DNA of 64,000 nucleotides. Origin: Alphaproteobacteria bacterium (lineage in GTDB: Bacteria > Pseudomonadota > Alphaproteobacteria > Micropepsales > Micropepsaceae). Positions within the stretch are counted from its first letter, which is position 1, and each line of letters starts with the position of its first letter. Positions 48,101-56,394 of this stretch are shown here, in pieces. The notes under the pieces are model-generated. The model was not told the origin of the DNA. It saw only the letters and a list, made by a program, of their open reading frames with translations, and made no database searches. Made by a program: the position numbers and the translations under genes. Location: positions 15,933-79,932 of the forward strand of contig JAGWLZ010000017.1 of the NCBI GenBank assembly GCA_028871895.1, written 5' to 3'.

Positions 48101-48593
48101 GCTCATCGGTAGGCAACCAAGTGAGGTGATCTGCGGCAGGAGTGTTAATCGGTCGAAGTTCAGGTTGCTCCGGCACAGCCGTTGTCTCAAAAGCATTGGC
48201 CATTGCCGACGCGTCCACAATCTGGAAAATTGGGACGTAAGATCCCTTTGGAACTTCCAGAACGATCCTGTCGTCCTTTCCGTATTCTGTCCGATATTGT
48301 GTCAGGAGGCGCCGAAGCCTGCCCGCCTCTACGCGCACCACGGCACTTGTGCCGGGCTCAAAATCGGTAGCCTTCTCGAAAACGTTGACAGCGATCGTGT
48401 ACTCTTTGAGTTGAGAGTCGCGCCCGGCAAGCATTTCCTCTACGAGGAACGCGAGAAAACGCTGCATCCTGGGGGCACGTATGAATGGCGGGCTCGACAA
48501 TACCCGTGCCAGATGGTCTTTGATCTGCGCGGTGTCGCTGAGGGCAACTACCCGACTATCCATATCGGGACCGGATAAGTACTCCCCGGCCAT
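45159..48593 (-). CDS. Multidomain regulator: wHTH-like N-terminus, class III cyclase-like domain, STAND AAA ATPase, TPR
   Basis: N-terminus RMQRFL.FLVEE.L.G....LKEYTIA..VF.....F......VRVEAGRLRR.L; cyclase-like ERRLVTV...YFGWP..LEDAA.RA..RIGVAT; Walker A GDAGIGKS; Walker B LLIEDIHWAD; AEG.PLFLEEL; helical C-terminus. Confidence 0.85.
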   Translation of the reverse strand: MAGEYLSGPDMDSRVVALSDTAQIKDHLARVLSSPPFIRAPRMQRFLAFLVEEMLAGRDSQLKEYTIAVNVFEKATDFEPGTSAVVRVEAGRLRRLLTQYRTEYGKDDRIVLEVPKGSYVPIFQIVDASAMANAFETTAVPEQPELRPINTPAADHLTWLPTDERRLVTVISCAFGDEQNVAVYSIESDFLSSFDELHARCSAIAKHHGGAVDGGASDRLIVYFGWPNALEDAAGRALTAALEMISELPGSCDGTALGLRIGVATSEVVTRAGQGPDTGSLRPNVVGEAPAIATKILVKTPLNGILIAESTRRLSGTFFDLVPAGTLHDDGREPLLLWRLLKARPVMTRFQAAHAGSQSSIIGRQEEVALVLSRWRLALQSEGQGVALIGDAGIGKSKLAESVLDRMKDEGAQVRVQCSSHHPNSTLYPFVELVKDQISIESEEETAADSLLDAYLARFDLSNSLNKALLCAMLSRSGDEALSTLSASQQKDLTLNLFKHILCAQAQARPTILLIEDIHWADPTTIEVLEDLLRLAASIPLMVLLTSRDDLPVCLARQTNVTSMRLARLPAADCNELINQVLGSTAISANTRFQILQKAEGIPLFLEELTKLFLASDESQLSEARVPESLSDLLVSQLDRLGSTRKVAQLAAVIGRQFTRSLLILASEHPEADVDTALDQLLAAGVIVLQGGETSNSFSFRHALLRDAAYGSMLDYSRRDLHYKVGNLLIDSFPETASEHPELVAKHMLDAGRPDEAIPFWVDAGRKAASRYALAEAITDFDLALDALKALPPSQSNRERELEVLIDLGSVTRNARGYGDQELLAIYQRAKSLAAEPGKEHFLANAVYGLWTHAAGRGDWPSAVTLANEFANLSARIADDDLLEVEACRLLGASAAFRGKFSEARTHFKRALALYDINRHGPRFGFDPGAASAAYLSWTVWHLGHFDEAKAFAVQALTIAEAKNDPSTLAMVLSWLIFYSTCCDDLEAILTYNDQLQTVCTERECRYWQPFGTASVEWVSFRRDGHIIHLDRLVDFIRQFRERYLISCLLLLGAEICCQLKKTEQGLELAASALQFIEEHDERVWEAEYNRLTAKLLLQCPKPDVAGAQRLLLRAINVAQTQEAPVFEQRARESLDLLSNSPGG

Positions 48594-49145
48594 CTTGTGT
48601 TTCCACCCCTGATGTCGCGCCGATACTCATTTCGGCATATTTGCTTGCGCATTTGTTCTTGTGGGTTCGCGGAGCGTCAACTAAACGAACCTTTGATCTA
48701 GATACTGCAGGCAGCCGCACTCGCCACTTGGCCAACAATGCTCCCCTAGACTCTCCTGGTCGAGAGTAAATTACAAATTTTTCCCTAGCCATGTGAAATT
48801 GCTACAGATTTCCCGTGTCACTTGACGGCGTCAAATCTGTGTTCGAGAAGTAAATCTAAACCCGGGAGGTATTGAAACGACGGCGACCGGCTACAACGCC
48901 GAGGGTGCGCAAGCGACCTGTGCAGACGGGCGTGCAAGCAACCCGCGTGAGCTTTCTTTATACCTATAGCTAAGGCAGGCTTGACGTAACGCGGCATCGG
49001 CGACCGAATCCAACTCAAAGCACAACCCAACGACGAGGCGCTGGCACGGAGTGAACGTATAATCAGCAACCAGCGTTTTCCCGAGCCTAACCGCTCCACT
49101 GATACCCCCTTGAACAGCTAATAATCAAATAATATGCATGCGATG

Positions 49146-49595
49146 TTACTTATAGAAACCAACACCGCAGACTTGATCGCCAACGCGCGTGTAATAACTC
49201 TCCTTGAGGGTTGGTTCGGAGGAGCCTGGCCGCGGAAATAAGTAACTCAACTCCGAAATCGCACCTTCTTTAGCTTGTATATACATTTCCTGGCCAAAAT
49301 GCGCCCCACCCTTGTCGATTAGAGTACGTACATCCTGACCAAGCAGCGTTGGGTGTGCTGTTAGTTTGCCGTCCCCGCCGTTGAAGCAAAAAACATAAAG
49401 ATCTCGATCCCTGAAACCATTTTGTCCAGCGTTGAATTCATTTAGGGCCTTTGTTCTGTCAATTTTGAGTTCTGCCACTGCACGTTGGAGCATCGCTTTG
49501 GCCTCCGCGGCAGTGCCATGACTTTCCGCCGCTATGGCGGAACTAAAGGCGAGCATTGCTGATAGAGCTAGAGGTAGTAAGTGCCATGCTTTCAT
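49146..49595 (-). CDS. Secreted single-Cache-domain protein
   Basis: Signal peptide; GT..EA.AML.RAV........AL..FN.....F.DRDLYVFC, AHP.L.G, ..Y.FPRPG..EP..K.SY...VG..VCGVG.YK. Confidence 0.8.
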   Translation of the reverse strand: MKAWHLLPLALSAMLAFSSAIAAESHGTAAEAKAMLQRAVAELKIDRTKALNEFNAGQNGFRDRDLYVFCFNGGDGKLTAHPTLLGQDVRTLIDKGGAHFGQEMYIQAKEGAISELSYLFPRPGSSEPTLKESYYTRVGDQVCGVGFYK

Positions 49596-49735
49596 CTTTG
49601 CGTTCCTCTTCGTTATTTTCTGGGTTACTGAGGTAACTACATCCGCTTCGAACGTGGTCGCTACCATGGAATGTACCCACCACCAGGAAAACGATGGACC
49701 AACCTCAACATGGAGGTTGGTCCCGAGTACGCCCC

Positions 49736-52066
49736 TCAGAAATGCAGATCCAAAGAGACACCAATAGTCCGGAAGGAGGAGGCACCGAATTGCTGCAAAT
49801 AGGTCCGCTCTGGCGTGCCCGAAAAACTGTAGAGCCCGTCAAGAGGATTTGCGACGATCCAAGTCGGAATGCGTTTGTCAAATAGATTGCGTACAAAAAC
49901 CGACCCACGAATGTGCCCGTCTTCCGTCTCCACGCCGAGGCTACCGCCCAAAAGACCATAATCTCCGACCTTGGTATTCGGATCATGCGTGGCAATGAAC
50001 CATGTCGTGCTGCGATAGTAGTAGTCGGCGTGAACGAAGGCATTCAATCCCGAACTGATCGACCTTTCATAATCTGCCGAAATCGTCGCTACCCACCGCG
50101 GTGCGTTCGCCAACTGGTTGCCGCTGGCTACGCTGGCACCACCGCCCAGAGACGGATCGCACATGTTGCGGCCGACACCGCTCGGTTCACCAGGATAGCA
50201 GCCGGTGATGTACCCTTGATAGATCGCATCGTTATACGTCCCTCCCCCGGTGAGGGTGAAACCCTCTATCGGCAACGCGGTGAATTCTAACTCGACGCCC
50301 TTCTGCAGCAGGGAGCCGGCATTTGTCGTCACGAAAACCAAGCGGCTCGGATCGAAAGCCTGCGTTTGGTAATTCTCGAACTTTGTCCAGAAGAGAGCGA
50401 GATTCGCAACGAGCCGGTGATCGAACCACGCTGACTTCAAGCCGAGTTCGACGTCGGAAGGAATTTCCGGTTTGAGTCGTTCAACGCCGGTAATGCCACC
50501 GAACGTCGGAGACTTGTAGCCACGCGTATATGTCCCGTATGCCATGGCATCGGGCGTGACATCCCATTCAGCGCCGAGTTTGTAAGAGAAATTGGTATAA
50601 GAATATCCGTTCGATGCCGTTGTCGGTCCCAATGGGCTCACTAAGCCGATGGTACAGCAAGATCCATCGAGATGAGCAATTCCGCCGAGATCGTCGTGCG
50701 TCAACCGTGCGCCCAAAATGAGTCGAGCATTGTCCACGATGGACAGCTTCCCCTGACCGAAGATGGCGTAGTTCTTGTTCTCGATCGTGGAATTGTTCTT
50801 GTTGTAACCGATGTTGGAGTAGTGCGGCGGAGCGGGGGGTGGAAACAACGGGGCGAGATCGCCCAAAATGGTGTTCCAACCATAGTCCCGAACGTAGAGA
50901 TAGAAGAGTCCCACTTGATATTCAAATCGACCGCCGGTCGGCGATGCCAACCTCAATTCGTTGGAAGCCTGCTTCTGCTCCTTACCATCGAGATTCGTGT
51001 CAATAAAGCTGATCGGCAGCAGATCGTAATCGAGATTGCTGCGATCGTGATACACACGGAACGCCGCGATATCCGTCAGTGAATATCCACCGCCGAAGGA
51101 ATACACAGTTTTGAGCGATGCACCGCCAAGCTGGAAGGTGTTGACCGTCGGCCCATCACTGCCCATCTTAAGGTTGTTCGGGCCGGCCGTGATGCCGAGC
51201 GCGGCGTTCTGCGTCGCCACAAATCCACCGGGCGCTTCGGTCCTGTAGGTGAAAGCACTTGGTCCAACACCATTTTCGTGCGCGTAATCGGCGGAGAAAT
51301 AGATTTCCCAGTTGTCCGTCGGCTCCCACAGGTATTTCACCCGAGCGCCGTATTCCGTCATTCCGAGGTCCTGGCTGGGCTTGAACACATCCTTGATAAG
51401 CCCATCCTGTCTTGTAAAGAACGCGTCGACGCGGGCGGCGGAATCATCCGAGATCGGCACATTGACCACACCTTGGGCGACAAATTCATTGCCCGCGGTG
51501 GCATCATTCATGTTTCCGTAGGACAGATGCGCGGTCTCTTCCCATTGGTCGATCTTTGGCTTTGTTGTGACGATATTGACGACGCCTGCGGACGCGTTCT
51601 TTCCGAACAGCATTCCCTGTGGGCCGCGCAGCACTTCGACATGATCGATGTCGAAGAATTCCGACACGCCCATCGTGGATCTCGCAAGCGGAACATCGTC
51701 TATCACCGTCAAAACAGATGCTTCTGCCGCCGGGCCGTAAATCGTCGTGCCAACGCCGCGAATGTAGAAATTGATGGCGCCGACGCGATTGTTGATCGAC
51801 TCTTCCTGAAGGCTTGGCACCGAGTATTGAAGTTGCTCCGGCGCGATGATCTGCTGATTCAAGATCGTGTCCTTCGACACGACACTCACCGCGACAGGAA
51901 CCTTCTGGACGTCCTCGGATCGCTTCTCGGCCGTCACGACGACGGTCTCGATCTGCGCTTCCTTGTTCTGGTCTTGCGTGCCCTGCGCCGTCTGAGCATA
52001 GGCGCATTGCGCACCTTGGATTACCGCGATCACCGATACGGTCGTCAGCAAATATTTTGTTTTCAC
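49736..52066 (-). CDS. TonB-dependent receptor 3
   Basis: GTG start with SD GAAGGGG, signal peptide, IETVVVTAEKR, VEVLRGPQG.LFGKNASAGVVNI, terminal ..DLHF. Confidence 0.92.
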   Translation of the reverse strand: MKTKYLLTTVSVIAVIQGAQCAYAQTAQGTQDQNKEAQIETVVVTAEKRSEDVQKVPVAVSVVSKDTILNQQIIAPEQLQYSVPSLQEESINNRVGAINFYIRGVGTTIYGPAAEASVLTVIDDVPLARSTMGVSEFFDIDHVEVLRGPQGMLFGKNASAGVVNIVTTKPKIDQWEETAHLSYGNMNDATAGNEFVAQGVVNVPISDDSAARVDAFFTRQDGLIKDVFKPSQDLGMTEYGARVKYLWEPTDNWEIYFSADYAHENGVGPSAFTYRTEAPGGFVATQNAALGITAGPNNLKMGSDGPTVNTFQLGGASLKTVYSFGGGYSLTDIAAFRVYHDRSNLDYDLLPISFIDTNLDGKEQKQASNELRLASPTGGRFEYQVGLFYLYVRDYGWNTILGDLAPLFPPPAPPHYSNIGYNKNNSTIENKNYAIFGQGKLSIVDNARLILGARLTHDDLGGIAHLDGSCCTIGLVSPLGPTTASNGYSYTNFSYKLGAEWDVTPDAMAYGTYTRGYKSPTFGGITGVERLKPEIPSDVELGLKSAWFDHRLVANLALFWTKFENYQTQAFDPSRLVFVTTNAGSLLQKGVELEFTALPIEGFTLTGGGTYNDAIYQGYITGCYPGEPSGVGRNMCDPSLGGGASVASGNQLANAPRWVATISADYERSISSGLNAFVHADYYYRSTTWFIATHDPNTKVGDYGLLGGSLGVETEDGHIRGSVFVRNLFDKRIPTWIVANPLDGLYSFSGTPERTYLQQFGASSFRTIGVSLDLHF

Positions 52067-52245
52067 GACTTTCCCCTTCTTCTGGCTGCATGGCGAGAAC
52101 GTGCGGGTTCCCCGCCGCGCCGAACCATCCGTTTCCTCTCCCTGATCCGTCTTGCGTTCTTTCATGCGCAAGTAGCGAACTGTGGCGAATGAGCAACATT
52201 CATTGCGCCATGTTGCAACACTAGAAAAGGGCAGAACGAGGTACC

Positions 52246-52261
52246 AGTAACATACTGTTAG
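52246..52261. promoter_or_regulatory. Motif shared with the TonB receptor 2 upstream region
   Basis: AGTAACATACTGTTAG, containing the TAACA-N3-TGTTA palindrome. Confidence 0.45.
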
Positions 52262-52372
52262 ATGACTCAAAATTGCTCCGATCTGCGGTATAGCGATCAC
52301 AAAGGGCTGCGCCGCTCTCTCCTTCTTGGGGCGCGAAGGTGAATCTTCCATCTTCGAAACAAAGGGGACGCC

Positions 52373-54070
52373 ATGATTGCCACCGTTAACCGCCGAGTAG
52401 CATTACGAGTGGGCGCAGCTGTCGCGGGAATACCGTATCTACTGTTTTCTGCGAAGTCGTCGAGCGCCACCTCCACCGCTTACACCTTGACGACGGGACC
52501 CTTCGTTGAAGTCGAAACGACGAACGGAAAGCTTCGAGGTGGCCACAGTCGTGGCGCCCTTGCATTCAAGGGTATTCCCTACGCGGGTCCTGTGTCAGGC
52601 AAAGGCCGCTTCAAAGAAGCACCACCAGCGGCCTCATGGTCGGGCGTGCGCGACGCGCTTCGGCTCGGCCCCCCTTCCATGCAAGGTGTCGGAACAACAG
52701 GAGGCGAGGATGAACCTCCGTGCAGCGAGAATTGTCTTGTCCTCAACGTTTGGACGCCAGCAATGGGCGACGGTCGCAAACGCCCCGTGATGTTCTATTG
52801 CCATGGCGGGGCTTATTCGATCGGCTCCGCCGGCGCTCCGGGACAAGACGGCTCGCGTCTCGCAGCCACGTATGACGTGGTCGTCGTAGCGAGCAATCAT
52901 CGCCTGGGCTTATTGGGCTTTCTCTATCTCGGCGAATTTGGTGACGAAGAATATGCAACGTCTGGCAACCAGGGCATCCTTGATCTCATCGCAGCCCTGC
53001 GTTGGGTAAGAATCAATATCGAGGCCTTCGGCGGCGATCCGAACAATATAATGGTCTTCGGCGAATCTGGTGGCGGTTTCAAGACCGGTACGCTGCTGGC
53101 GATGCCCAAGGCCCACGGCCTTTTCCATAAAGCCAGCATCGAGAGCGGCGCAGCATTACGAAGGATGACGCGGGACAACGCCATCAAGACGACGCGGAGA
53201 GTGCTTCAGGCTTTGGACATCGCACCCTCCATGTGGCGCAAGTTGATCGACGTGCCCGCAGAAACTCTCGTTGCCGTTCAGTTGAATCTGGAACGCAGCA
53301 ATGGGTTGCTTGCAGAGATGTCCAGCGAAGCGCTCCCGGTGGGTGCGGCGTTGTTGCATTCAGCAGGGTACTATTTTGAACAACCTGGTAGCCTGGCTCC
53401 CGTTGTCGACGGAACATACTTGCCAGTCCAACCCTTCGATCCCGTCGCACCAGAGATCTCCTCGGCGATACCACTCATCGTTGGGTATAATCGTAATGAG
53501 GCAACGTTCTTCAACATGAAGCGACCTGACACATTCAAAATGGACAATGAAGCGTTGGTCGCAAGACTGCAGAGAGAATTTAGTACGGAAGCGCAGCGGA
53601 TTCTCAGCGTTTATCGACACTTTCGCCCTGATGCGACTCCGTCGGAACTCTATATCGCCATTGCAACCGCGAGGCTCCTCGGCAACGATTCCATCATTAC
53701 GGCTGAACGAAAGTCGCGACAGTCAGCGCCCGTATACAGCTATCGTTACGATTATCAATCGAACCTAGCAATTCCAGGTACCAGCTACAAATTTGGCGCC
53801 GGTCACGCGAGCGAAATCGCAATGAAGTTCTTCAACTTCGATATACCCGGGCTTCAAGGTGACGGTCCTGGCATCGCGACAGCGTCGCACAACATGAGCG
53901 AGATGTGGACAAATTTCGCCCGCACGAACAGGCCGTACGCGTTCGGTCAACCAGAATGGCCGCCATACGACATCGAGCGCAGGGCCACAATGCTGATCGA
54001 TGTGAATTGCAGCGTTGCGCATGACCCGAACCGTCAGGAGCGCGAACTTTGGCAGTCCCGGAGTATCTGA
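52373..54070 (+). CDS. Type B carboxylesterase (para-nitrobenzyl esterase-like), Tat-like leader
   Basis: FKGIPYA, SENCL.LNVWTP, HGGAY..GS, NHRLG.LGFL, FGGDP.NI.VFGESGG (Ser), N..E, GA.HA.EI (His). Confidence 0.92.
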   Translation: MIATVNRRVALRVGAAVAGIPYLLFSAKSSSATSTAYTLTTGPFVEVETTNGKLRGGHSRGALAFKGIPYAGPVSGKGRFKEAPPAASWSGVRDALRLGPPSMQGVGTTGGEDEPPCSENCLVLNVWTPAMGDGRKRPVMFYCHGGAYSIGSAGAPGQDGSRLAATYDVVVVASNHRLGLLGFLYLGEFGDEEYATSGNQGILDLIAALRWVRINIEAFGGDPNNIMVFGESGGGFKTGTLLAMPKAHGLFHKASIESGAALRRMTRDNAIKTTRRVLQALDIAPSMWRKLIDVPAETLVAVQLNLERSNGLLAEMSSEALPVGAALLHSAGYYFEQPGSLAPVVDGTYLPVQPFDPVAPEISSAIPLIVGYNRNEATFFNMKRPDTFKMDNEALVARLQREFSTEAQRILSVYRHFRPDATPSELYIAIATARLLGNDSIITAERKSRQSAPVYSYRYDYQSNLAIPGTSYKFGAGHASEIAMKFFNFDIPGLQGDGPGIATASHNMSEMWTNFARTNRPYAFGQPEWPPYDIERRATMLIDVNCSVAHDPNRQERELWQSRSI

Positions 54071-54388
54071 GGTCATTTGGTCATTGGAGGAAAGCAGTCG
54101 ACGGCACTACGGCTCACAACTGGCGCTGGCCCATTCCAATTCTCCGTGGTTAGTGTTTCCGCAGGACTCACGTCTTGCAAGCCGCGGCAAATCGTTGGTG
54201 CCCGGCGCATGTACTGCGGCGCATGTACGAGCGGTGGCGCCAACTGTCGGTTGTTCTCTAACGGTATGATACTGGCAACTAATCCTCATTCCCCCTGAAA
54301 TTCACGTGTATTCGCCTCTCCTGCCGGCGAGAGGCTAATCGGGTGCATCGCGCGATGCGAGGCGTTCACTGGTTGGGGGTAGGAACCT

Positions 54389-55567
54389 ATGAAAACCGCG
54401 GAATCGGTTGTCATAACCACATATGCGAGAACGCCAATCGGTAGTTTCCGCGGCGAGCTGAGCGACCTACCTTCGCCACAATTGGGTGCGACGGCGATAG
54501 AAGCTCTTCTGTCGCGCTCACGTGTTCCGGCTGGCGAGATTTCCGAAGTGTTAATGGGCTGCGTCTTGTCGGCTGGCTTACGTCAGGGCCCGGCGCGACA
54601 GGCTGCGCTGGCAGCGGGTCTTCCCGACACTATTCCATGCACGACCGTGAACAAGCTCTGCGGCTCCGGCATGAAGGCGGTCATGTTGGCCCATGACCTA
54701 ATTGTCGCGGAAAGTGCAAACGTCGTGATAGCCGGCGGCATGGAGAGCATGTCGAATGCGCCCTACATGCTCGATCGCGCGCGCAGCAGTTATCGCCTGG
54801 GTCACGGGCAGCTCATAGACCACATGTTCTTCGATGGTCTTGAAGATGCGTACGAGAAGGGCCGGTTGATGGGCAGCATCGCGGAGGCCGCTGCGCAGGA
54901 CCACCAGATCACGCGGGAGGCGCAGGATGAATTTGCCCTATGTTCACTAGAGCGCGCCAAGGCCGCCATCGAGGATGGATGCTTCGACAAGGAGATTACC
55001 CCTGTCAACTGCGGCAAAGGTGAAACAATCAACCGCGATGAACAGCCCTTTAAAGCCAAGCCGGAAAAGATTCGCTCTCTGAAACCTGTCTTTCGTCCCG
55101 ATGGGACGATCACTGCGGCCAATGCGTCTTCGATATCCGACGGTGCCGCGGCATTGATGCTGATGCCTGAAGCAAAAGCTGCTGCGATGGGCGCTCGACC
55201 GTTAGCCCGGATTTGCGGCCACGCAACCCATGCGCAAGCGCCCGCGGAATTCCCCATCGCGCCCGTTGGTGCGATCCGGAAAGTTCTAGACAAGGTCGGT
55301 TGGCGCGCTGACGACGTGGATCTTTATGAAATCAACGAGGCCTTTGCGGTCGTCGTGATGATCGTACGACAAGCTCTCGGGTTGTCCGACGAGAAAGTCA
55401 ATGTGCATGGCGGGGCGTGCGCCCTGGGCCATCCCATCGGAGCATCCGGTGCTCGCATTCTTGTTACGCTGCTGGCGGCTCTTGAGACATATAGCCTTCG
55501 CCGCGGCGTGGCTTCGCTCTGCATTGGCGGTGGAGAAGCTACAGCTATCGCCGTCGAACGCCTTTAA
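54389..55567 (+). CDS. Acetyl-CoA C-acyltransferase (thiolase)
   Basis: TVNKLCGSGMKAV (Cys), TAANASSISDGAAA, YEINEAFA, VHGGA.ALGHPIGASGARI, LCIGGG.A.A. Confidence 0.95.
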   Translation: MKTAESVVITTYARTPIGSFRGELSDLPSPQLGATAIEALLSRSRVPAGEISEVLMGCVLSAGLRQGPARQAALAAGLPDTIPCTTVNKLCGSGMKAVMLAHDLIVAESANVVIAGGMESMSNAPYMLDRARSSYRLGHGQLIDHMFFDGLEDAYEKGRLMGSIAEAAAQDHQITREAQDEFALCSLERAKAAIEDGCFDKEITPVNCGKGETINRDEQPFKAKPEKIRSLKPVFRPDGTITAANASSISDGAAALMLMPEAKAAAMGARPLARICGHATHAQAPAEFPIAPVGAIRKVLDKVGWRADDVDLYEINEAFAVVVMIVRQALGLSDEKVNVHGGACALGHPIGASGARILVTLLAALETYSLRRGVASLCIGGGEATAIAVERL

Positions 55568-55579
55568 CGAGCTGCAACA

Positions 55580-56341
55580 ATGAACCTTCGAGACATTTCC
55601 GCGATTGTCAGTGGTGGCGCCTCCGGCCTAGGAGAGGTCACCGCTCGTGCCCTCAGGCGCGCTGGTGCCCATGTGGCCGTGTTGGACATCGACGGGCACA
55701 AGGTAGCCCGCGTGGCTGCGGACATCGACGGCGTTGGCATAACCTGTGATGTGACGGACAGTGCCGACACCGAAACAGCCGTCGCGAAGGCTTACGACCA
55801 AAACGGGTCAGCCCGAATCGTGGTGATGTGTGCTGGAATTGCGCCCGCAGGCAGAATCCTGGGTCGCGACGGCCCGATGGATCTCGCCTCATTCCGAAAA
55901 GTGATCGAGGTCAATCTCGTCGGAACCCTTAATCTCATGCGCCTCGCAGCCGCGCAAGCTTCTCTTTTGCCCCCAATGGAAGATGGCGAGCGGGCTGTGA
56001 TGGTAACAACGGCTTCGATTGCGGCGTTCGATGGCCAGATCGGCCAAGCCGCTTATGCGGCCTCCAAAGCCAGTGTTGCGGGCCTGACCCTGCCCGCCGC
56101 ACGGGAGTTTTCGTCTGCAGGCATCCGGGTCTGCTGTATTGCGCCCGGGATATTCGCAGCGCCCATGTTGCTTGGAATGCCCGACGACGTGCGACGGCAG
56201 CTGACCGACAGTGTACCATTTCCCAAGCGTCTGGGTCGCCCAGAAGAATTTGCAAAACTGGCTCTCGCCATCATCACCAATCCAATGCTGAACGGAGAAG
56301 TCATTCGCCTGGATGGTGCTCTGCGGATGGCGCCGCGGTGA
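55580..56341 (+). CDS. SDR 3-hydroxyacyl-CoA dehydrogenase type 2 (HSD17B10-like)
   Basis: SGGASGLG, VMCAGIA, TASIAAFDGQIGQAAYAASK, IAPGIF.PML, PFPKRLG.PEEFA, LNGEVIRLDGALRM. Confidence 0.92.
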   Translation: MNLRDISAIVSGGASGLGEVTARALRRAGAHVAVLDIDGHKVARVAADIDGVGITCDVTDSADTETAVAKAYDQNGSARIVVMCAGIAPAGRILGRDGPMDLASFRKVIEVNLVGTLNLMRLAAAQASLLPPMEDGERAVMVTTASIAAFDGQIGQAAYAASKASVAGLTLPAAREFSSAGIRVCCIAPGIFAAPMLLGMPDDVRRQLTDSVPFPKRLGRPEEFAKLALAIITNPMLNGEVIRLDGALRMAPR

Positions 56342-56394
56342 TCGGGGAGCAGGTCAAAAACAACAAAAAAGTTCAGGTGAGGTAGCGAACAGTC

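Noticed and set aside
44050-49145. Small ORFs and IRs in intergenic stretches 44268-44500 and 48600-49140
   Set aside because: Short, stop-interrupted and with no recognisable homology; IRs of 5-8 bp are near chance level.
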